Source: Adineta vaga (lineage: Eukaryota; Animalia; Rotifera). From it: a DNA stretch of 64,000 nucleotides. The notes beneath the pieces were generated by a model, which had not been told where the DNA came from, did no database searches, and worked only from the letters and a program-made list of their open reading frames with translations. Position 1 is the first letter of the stretch. Every line of letters begins with the position of its first letter. The DNA is taken from the NCBI GenBank assembly GCA_021613535.1, contig CP075496.1:9238001-9302000 (forward strand), given 5' to 3'. The translations under genes were made by a program, and so were the position numbers. Below, in pieces: positions 55,426 to 64,000 of this stretch.

Positions 55426-55857
55426 TTAAAGGACACACACACCGACGATATTTGTGTGACTACGAATCGATTTTATGCAACATAACCTTGTATCAATAAT
55501 TAAAGTATAGTATATCGTATTTCTAAAGAACGAAAAAAGAACACGGTAAGATATCACCACGATAGAGAAGAAAAAAAAACATCATTATGAAAAAAGAAAA
55601 TATTCATTCTGATTTAAACAACCTATTATCATTTCTAATAGCCATAACGAATTTCTCTTATCTCTTCCATAGGCTAGTCGATAAACGAAATAATATGTAA
55701 CAATTACGCTAAACTTAAAGGTAGTTTTTTTTGTAATTCATATGTACTTCATGGCTCTTTTTAGTTCTATCAAAACAAAAAAACAGAATTTTACAAAACA
55801 ATTTTTATTCACGCAAACGCTTTTGTAGAAATAATCTATACTTATTTCATTACATTT

Positions 55858-57465
55858 TTACCATCGTAAATATAATGTATCAGAAAGGAATTCAATTGAA
55901 TAACGTTGAACAAGTTCCTCTCGTTCCATCAATTTATATAGTCTATTCACTAGTATAAAATGTGCATCATGAATAACAATTAAATATAAACGAAATTTTT
56001 GACAATAACTGTATTTTAAAAGAAATCGAACAATTGCTTCGAGATTATTTTCTTTTACTTTCATTTCCAATGTTTCAAATTGAGGGAATGTAATGATTAA
56101 ATCTTGAACATCTTCGTATGTTAATGAATCTTGAATGATAATTCGTTGAATTTCATTATTACATTGAATTCGTGAAAATATATATGTTCGTAATGTTAAT
56201 ATTTTAATACGTAAAGAAAGATTTAAAAGTTGTATGACATGATCCATATTAAAAAGTTTACCTGTCACCGTTAGCTTTTCCAATTGAGAACAAGAAATCG
56301 TTCGAAAAAACTGATTTAACGATGATATTTCAACCATAGGATTATATAGAGCAAAGAAAGTTAGTCGTGAAGATTGTAGATCAATCGTTGTTAGAGAATC
56401 AGCAATAATAATATCACGAACAGAACGTGCATCATGAATGTTTGATGACTGTGTTTGAGAATAGAAAAACATGAATAAATTATTACGAAACGTATAATAT
56501 TGAAAAATAAAAAACCATTTTCGTTTCCAATAAAATGACGAATTAAATTCATTATGAATTCGATCATATTCAGCTAGATCAATGATTTGTCCGAAATGTT
56601 GTAAATCAAATGTATGCAAATGAGGTAAATGTGAAGAAATCAAGCGTTGCCATCGTTTTGCATCTGATGCATTCATATTTGTATTTGATGATACACGTAA
56701 TATTTGAATTCGATGAAAAAGATTCGATATAAACATTTCTAAATGATCAAAACCGACAGAATGTTGGAGACGTAAATATGTTAATTCATTTACTATTGTT
56801 GGTGACCATCCCAAAGTATTTTGTTCATTTGAAGAAGTATTAATTGAAAGATGAACTAATTTGGGTAGATATTGTAGTAGATAAGGTAGACTCTTTATAT
56901 TATATGTACTTTTGCTTACGAAATATGAAATTGAACTCGTTTTACTACGGAAATCAGAGAATGAAAAGCTTTCCATATGCCATTGAAATGTTGTGTTACA
57001 GTACTTTAGAACAGGTAAAGCGAATATTAATTCATGAATTTTATAGAGTTTGCGAACAGTTCCAATCGTTGTTGCCGTGAGTGAATAAAGTTGCGGTATA
57101 GATGATAGTTCTGCAAGAATGGGAATCAATGTTTGTGATTTCATTTCATGAAGTACCAATGATTCGAGACGATTTAATGATGAATTCAAAAGATATTTTG
57201 AGAGAAAATAATCAACAGCAATCCAATTTGAAAAACGAAGTGATACAATACGATCGAAATAATTAGTTTTTATATTTTGACAACATTCTTGTAAACTATT
57301 TCTATTAATGACATTTATGTTAAGTTTCAATGGTAAAGATAGATAATTAAATAAATGTTGAAAACGATAATTAAGTTTCCAGAATGCTTCATATGCATCA
57401 CAAATATCGAGATATTCGATAGTTTCATATAAAATTTCATTTGATAGATCTTCGAGACACGTCAT
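55858..57465 (-). CDS. F-box-like/LRR protein
   Basis: CLEDLSNEILYETIEYL, LRR-like repeats, RWQRLISSHLPHL. Paralog of 47595-49558. Confidence 0.85.
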   Translation of the reverse strand: MTCLEDLSNEILYETIEYLDICDAYEAFWKLNYRFQHLFNYLSLPLKLNINVINRNSLQECCQNIKTNYFDRIVSLRFSNWIAVDYFLSKYLLNSSLNRLESLVLHEMKSQTLIPILAELSSIPQLYSLTATTIGTVRKLYKIHELIFALPVLKYCNTTFQWHMESFSFSDFRSKTSSISYFVSKSTYNIKSLPYLLQYLPKLVHLSINTSSNEQNTLGWSPTIVNELTYLRLQHSVGFDHLEMFISNLFHRIQILRVSSNTNMNASDAKRWQRLISSHLPHLHTFDLQHFGQIIDLAEYDRIHNEFNSSFYWKRKWFFIFQYYTFRNNLFMFFYSQTQSSNIHDARSVRDIIIADSLTTIDLQSSRLTFFALYNPMVEISSLNQFFRTISCSQLEKLTVTGKLFNMDHVIQLLNLSLRIKILTLRTYIFSRIQCNNEIQRIIIQDSLTYEDVQDLIITFPQFETLEMKVKENNLEAIVRFLLKYSYCQKFRLYLIVIHDAHFILVNRLYKLMEREELVQRYSIEFLSDTLYLRW

Positions 57466-57839
57466 TTAGATTTAAGCATATAAGTGTAATGTATAGAATT
57501 AGTTACCAACTGATTATTATGTAAAAAGAAACGAAAGAAAAAATAACATTCCATGTGCGTTTACAGAAAAAGAAGAAACTTGTTTGGTGAAAGAACACCA
57601 AAAGAATGAAGAAATATGCAGTAAATCTCATTTGACGAACGAGAATAAAAATATAATGACAGAACGCTTGAAATCAAGTGTTTCTTTTTTTAATATTTTA
57701 CTTTTCAACCTGAAAATCTTGAATACTTTACTAAATACGAGGATTAAATTATGATTATCTTTATCATTCAATGAGAGGAGTTACATTGATAATAGACTTA
57801 TGAGAAAAAAAGTTTTATTGATTATTAAAATTCATAATA

Positions 57840-60459
57840 TTAAGCATCTTTATCAGGACAAAAACTCATCATTAAATCCAACAATTGAAATACGGACGTC
57901 TGTGGTCCACTGTGCTGTAAATATTCATCAGCTACAGATTGTGACATATCTGCAATATAATGAGAATCAGCATCATCATCATCATCGATTTGACTCAAGA
58001 GAAATATTTCTCGAAAGAACTCATTCATTGCTTCATTTGCCATTTCCTCATTCATAGCTGACCCATGCCGAAGCGTAGTTTCATTGAGTTTCATTGTTAT
58101 CTCCATCAACTTCTGGTTTCGATATATTTGTCTATGTATTCTATGTTGTTCAGCAGTGTTTATTCGAGTAATATCATTACTAGTTAACCCAGTATGTTCA
58201 TGTAAAACTTGTGCTAAGTGATTCATAGATGAATCTTGTATACATGGACCATGAATAAGAGAGATGATTGAATGATTATGTATGCTATAATCATCGATTG
58301 AATCATCTTCATTGCTGAGATGTGTTCCCATATAAAAAAGACGAAAATCATGTTTTGGGTGGTATGGAATATCGAAACTACAACGAATTTTTTGTTTCAA
58401 TTGCCGAATTGTCATATCTTTTTCGAGAGATAAGTATAATGGTTTATCAGTTAAAGTCTTAATTATTACATGTAAACTTGATGCATCGTCTGAATTCCAT
58501 TTCAAAGAAGTCGATCGATCATTGATCAATGCATTATATTCATTTGAATTAAGATGAGATAAGATATTTTCGAAAAAAGTAGGATTTGATGAATGGAAAT
58601 CGATTATGGACTCAGGAAATAATCTACATTGACGATCAATCTGTGCACGTTCTCCCGTTTTCAATAGTGAAACATATAAATTCCAGTATGCAACTTGATC
58701 TTGTGAAACGAACGGTTTTATGTCATCAACTTTGTTATCAAGTCGTCGAATTTCATCTCTAATAGCTTGACCTTCGTGATGATTATCGATCAATTGTAAA
58801 ACTTGTTGATAATCATGTTTAGCGAGACTAAAACTACCTCGTGCTTCATCAATCCGAGCAAGTTCATAATACAGCTGTTTTTTTAGATGACCTTTCAAAT
58901 TAAGTACTGTTTGTCGATACATATGCAACGGTATAGCTGTCCAATCGATAACACTCGAAATACATCGCATTCTTACTGCCCAGTAACCAACTTTCAAAAG
59001 ATTTGTCTCCACCGTTGAAGGTATCATTGCTAATACCGATTGATAACATTCAAGTTGTTCGCGTGGATGATGTTTAATTAAATGACCCATACGAATAAAA
59101 ACACTCATTCGAAGAGTTATTTCCGATGATAATTGTTCATTAATGATATTTTCTACATCAACGTTTTGCTGTTGACTAGCTCGATAGAAAAATGATTGAA
59201 CTACTTCCATTGGAGTCTGATTTGCCTTAGTTTTCTTACGATAATCATCACATTTTTCTAAACGTAATAAGACATGCCAACAGTTTTCGGACGTTTCAGT
59301 GACGGTCAACACTTTAAATATTGTTCCAATTCGAAATATAATCTCATCTTCATCTTTCATACTACTCGTTTGACTTATATCATAGTAGTAAACCTCTGGA
59401 TCTGGTTTATCATCATATTTTTCATAAATAATACTTGTATCAATCTCATATACGACTGATTGCAAACCATTTAAATCAACACCTTTACCAGCAAAACTTT
59501 CTGCAACTTGAATATCTTTTGTAGTTGATACGTATTGACTCATAGTAATTCGTTGTCCAATAAATAACTGTAATTGAGTTACATTAGCCAAGGAAAGTAC
59601 TTGACCACGATAAACAAAATATAATTTGTTATTGATTGAAGAAGAGGAAGAGAAACACCATTGATCAAGGATTTGTTTAGCAAAAAGTAAATCCAATGAT
59701 TCTTCAAGATCTTTAATAAAAAAACGAAACTTTCTTATAACAGACGTTGATTTTGTACGAAGAGCTTTGTTCACTATCTCAAATAGAAATATCGGTTCTG
59801 TATACCATACAACAGCAGATCGTGAATTATGTTTTGCTAAAGTCATCAATTTTTTTCATTGTTACGTTATTATCTTGATAATAAATACGACATTCTCGTA
59901 ACATTTCTTGTTTTTCAAAAATTGCCGAACGATCATCTATAATAGAGCGTGCCGCGTTGTTGACATCAGCAAGAAGACTAAAGAAACATGTATCTTTTGA
60001 GTGAAGAAATGGATCTTGATCCTCCTCAACTTGCGAAAAGACGTTAGTCTCCGATATGATAGACGTCTTCATTTGAATCTGTTCTATAACTTTTAATATC
60101 AAACCAGTTTTTCTAATAAATGTACCAACACATTTTTCAGAATGGAAGTTTTTTAAATCTTCAGAGGTATTATTCGTAGCAAAAACGAAGATAGAGACAA
60201 CATGATCCATCTCTTCTATTTTCGTAAAGATAGAAGGTAACAATCGATCAGAAACGATAAGATAAATACGATAGTACGGATGAGAATTTAAATGTTTTAG
60301 ACAATCGTCTTTATTGTTAAATGTATAAACGTCCTTGACAAAAGATTTGATATCGATATCCAAATCATCATCAATTTGATCGATTGTAAAGTCGAGACAA
60401 ACCAATTGAAAATCATTATCACGTTTGCTAAATATTGACATTAGATCAGAAAACGACAT
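57840..60459 (-). CDS. ADP-ribosyltransferase (R-S-E clade) + TPR + ubiquitin-like domain protein, frameshift at about 59828
   Basis: N-terminal alpha/beta domain, then VYRGQ, YVSTTKD, DEDEIIF and TPR-like helices, then Ubl VIIKTLTDK...TIRQLKQKI...RLFYMG..L...SIDDYSI. Restoring AT gives FSKTYNSRSAVVWYT. Confidence 0.85.
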
Positions 60460-62415
60460 ATTTTTATTAGATTATAAACGTTGGTTAAAATTACGCTCTA
60501 AAATAGCATTCATAGATTAAATTAAAATACTTTTGATTTCATATTATTCTATAAAAAATAGAAAATATAAAATTGTTGATCGATATAACTAACTACCTAC
60601 TTCAAAAATTTCTTTTCATCATATAAAATAGTTTGTAGTACGATCATCGATAGACAAACATTCCAATAATGTGTACTCTGCATACAAATAACAAGTCAAC
60701 AACACACGGAAAAGCAAATAAAATCTCGTTCCATTGCAGTAAAATTGTTTGTTCTCATCTGATTGTTATTCTGTTATTATACTTTTTCTAGGTTTCACCC
60801 TTGGCAACTGTTACATCGAATAGAAATCAGCACCAACTCGTCGTTCCTTTTCTTTAAACAAATACTTTCTTTATACTTTAGTTATAAACTTTCAAGATAC
60901 ATTTTTGATTTTATTTGAGATGCACATGATATTTGCTTACAACAATGCAACAATGAATCTTATAATGATGACGTCGATGGTTTTTAATTAAATGTTGACG
61001 ATTCCAGTTTTTGAACACGGAGATGTTGGCAAAGCTTACAGTTATGAATTACCTATCACCGGTGGATATGGTGACGACATTGTGTTTAATGGAAATGAAT
61101 TTTCTGACGCACAACGCAATAATCAATCATTTATCATTAAATGCGATACACACTCGCCTTGTATAAGAAAAATCAAATTTAGCTTTTCTACATTTTTTTT
61201 GAGTGTTTCTATTGTTTCCATGTATTGCGAAAGTCATGAACTACCCTAAAATATACAAAAGTGTATAAAAACAACTAAATGATACTGTAGTTGTATCTGA
61301 AATAACCGTTTATTTCAAAGATTATTTCCCGGAGTTGAAAGGAAAACAATTTGCAACATTCTCAGAGAAGCTCACTAAGTACAAGCACTATTTTCGAAAG
61401 GATTTGATGCTAACAAAGAATTGACTATATTAGTTATTTAATATCCAATAATCTATCATATGGTGCTATATTTATTTATGCGCAAAAAAGTCAAACAAAA
61501 ACTCTTATAACTGAAAGTAATTCTTTCAATTGTAGATCTTTGCAGTGCAAAATCGTTATGGCACATGGAGTGTACCTAAAAGTCATCCACAATATATTAT
61601 ACTCTTTGTAGATTTATCGAGTAAATTCAATTGTATTTGATCAAGAATCTATACATATTGTTCTTTTATTTAGATATTCAAAAGGATATAATCAATTATT
61701 TTAAGATTGAAAGACGTACACCATTCGATTTTGATAGAAGACAATGAGCTAACATCAATTTCAACCATAATAAAACATTAATAAATAATCATTTATTAGA
61801 TTTAGAAAACCTGTTTCATGGGTATTCATCAACGAACGACATTAACCTTCGAAACAATCATGAAATGATGAGGATCAATAGTTTTTCTTTCGATGTAATT
61901 TATTTAAAAAAATCCTTGATAAAACAGACCGATGTACGATTTCTTATATTTTATACATACACACACTTGAGGGATTGTTTCGAAAAAAAGTAATAGAATG
62001 AATCTGATAAATTTGTATTCAATATTTTTTTAAATGAAATAGATAGTTGTCTATAAAATACTTTGCTTCGGTCTGATTGAGAATGCAGAAAGAAAAATGA
62101 TTAAATAACATAAAATGAACTTGAGTCTTGTACTAATTAGAGAATATCGAATAACTAGAGAGTCAAAGCATTAGAATCACATTTATCAATAGCAATCCTT
62201 CATTTCAAGATCGAATACATTTTGATAACTGGAATGATAACCACTCAGACAATGTTATGAATAGAAACAATATTGTGATAATAATCATTTATTATTAACA
62301 TTACTGTCGACTGTAATGATTTTTCTGATGTAATAAAAAATTATTATAAAAAAATTAAATAAAAGGGGAAAATCTAGGCTAGTTTAGGGCTGTTGAATAT
62401 TCTGAACGAATTCCA

Positions 62416-62682
62416 TTAAAATCCTCTATATTGATATCCATAGGAATTGAATGGTTGATAGCTGCTACCAAAGGTTTGACCAGAAAATGGATTTGAAATA
62501 CCACTGAGATAATTGTCAAAACGTGGAGCAAATGGATCTAGAAGAAATTATTTATTATCAATTGCATATCAGTATCCTAACTTACTACTTAATCCATTTC
62601 CATAGCTTTGACTGAACCAGTTATTTGATTGAAGATCACGTTGTTGAAGACCTCCGAAACCACTATAACCATTGTTCCACAT
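62416..62682 (-). CDS. About 72-aa N/Q/S/G/Y/F-rich low-complexity peptide, 2 exons
   Basis: MWNNGYSGFGGLQQRDLQSNNWFSQSYGNGLS/NPFAPRFDNYLSGISNPFSGQTFGSSYQPFNSYGYQYRGF*. GT-AG intron 62585-62538 keeps frame. Confidence 0.7.
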
Positions 62683-62792
62683 GTTCTTGTAAATATCGTT
62701 GAATAATATAAGTAATAGAAATATGTATGTATTGAATGAATAAATGATAGAAATTTTACAGTCTATTTATACATAAGATTTTCTGCTCGTCT

Positions 62793-62812
62793 TCTCTCTC
62801 TCTCTCTCTCTC
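62793..62812. repeat. (TC)10 microsatellite
   Basis: Direct read. Confidence 0.9.
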
Positions 62813-63649
62813 TTCTTATTATAAAACTAGAACGAGAAAGTGAGAAAAAAAAGAAAGTTAGTCAAGCATAGCTTGAGTTGAATAGATGTTCATGAGGTGA
62901 ACTGCATATGACTTTTCTTGATAGCTGTATAAAAAATGTTCTTACATCTATGAACAAAAGATACATACCTTCGAACAATCATTTCTGTTGAATAAGAACG
63001 ATAAGAAAGAAAAAAACGTAATCAAGCATGACTTAAGCCCATATGAATATCATATGGTAGATTATACAATAGGAGGACCTTCTGAAGATGATAAATTTTC
63101 TCATGCATACTTTTGCCCCTGTCTTTTTTTTAGCTATATCTTCTCCTTGAGATTTTCATTTCACGCTCTGCTTATCATTATATTTGCACTCATTTGATCT
63201 CTATAACCTTGCGATTGATGGTCATTTTTTCCTATATTTTCTCTCTGAGAAAAACTTTTATATAGAGAAAATAGAATGCAGAATAATTATACAATGAAAT
63301 TCCTACCCAATACGTGCGTTTTATATTTATTTCATATGAGTACTATATGCAAGGGTGTAAATGGCAAACAAAACCTCAAATATACTGATAGATTATAACA
63401 CACAAATTTAAAATGAACATTGCTATTTCACATCTCATGATACCGGCGAAGAAAACGCGTAAAGTATGAATTATAATTGTCTTTTTTCATACATTCTATA
63501 TTGTAAACGAATTATGCACACTGTTGTTCTATAATCGTACGAAATTGAATAGTTCCAGCAGTGTCAACATAGAAACATATTTGAATGAGTTAATATGTGT
63601 GCTCTAATTATAGAACATGAAGCTATAAGATATACGATAAGCAAGTACG

Positions 63650-64000
63650 TTATTTATTTGCTGGTATCGACGGTCTTGTTGGTGTAGGACGTTGTATAAC
63701 AATTACTTGATTTGATTTCCACTTCTTGATGATGATGTTTCGAAGTTGTGGAGTCATCAAAATCATCACCAAACTTAATACTGCTAGAGCTACTTCGACA
63801 CCAAGATATGCTGCACGGTAACTTAATGGATGTTCAATACCAGTGATATAAAACATCAACATAAAAATTATTACTGGTAGTCCAGCCGCTATCAAAATAC
63901 CTATTTGAATAAATATTCGCTGAATCGCTCGAAAATCTCGTTGATGACTTCGATTTCGTGCTAACGATACAGCATTCCTTTGTTGACGAATAAACGTTGC
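63650..64000 (-). CDS. 3' end (TM6-TM7) of an orphan 7TM receptor, continues beyond the window
   Basis: FIRQQR...RDFRAIQRIFIQIGILIAAGLP...MTPQLR. Confidence 0.75.
   Translation of the reverse strand, partial: ATFIRQQRNAVSLARNRSHQRDFRAIQRIFIQIGILIAAGLPVIIFMLMFYITGIEHPLSYRAAYLGVEVALAVLSLVMILMTPQLRNIIIKKWKSNQVIVIQRPTPTRPSIPANK

Noticed and set aside
60790-61650. Coding-like plus-strand fragments including ORF 60992-61249
   Set aside because: No recognisable family, and the frames break repeatedly.

Overview
AT-rich eukaryotic genomic DNA with short (about 45-65 nt) GT-AG introns. The gene families (F-box/LRR-like, orphan 7TM receptors, NHL, ART-TPR, many intronless fungal/bacterial-type enzymes) point to a bdelloid rotifer; this is inference. 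About 20 genes and several pseudogene remnants are visible. They include a secreted tandem GH31 alpha-glucosidase, an Mx-like dynamin GTPase, a stand-alone MLKL-like four-helix-bundle gene (spliced, missed by the ORF track), a MAPKAPK2-like kinase with two 7-nt micro-exons, a PARG, an ART-TPR-ubiquitin-like protein, a RING-TRAF-NHL protein, a Costars protein and two tiny spliced low-complexity peptides. A run of candidate horizontally acquired genes is also present (yeast-type amino-acid permease, fungal-type SDR, GH43, wax-synthase MBOAT, methyltransferases, GH3 remnant). The best lead is a candidate innate-immunity/cell-death neighbourhood: Mx-like plus MLKL-4HB, with an ADP-ribosylation writer and eraser elsewhere in the window. 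Five reading frames are broken at TA/AT motifs in a way that a 2-nt indel repairs, which may be a consensus artefact. No rRNA, tRNA, CRISPR array or intact transposon was recognised. All family calls come from motif recognition by eye, not database searches.
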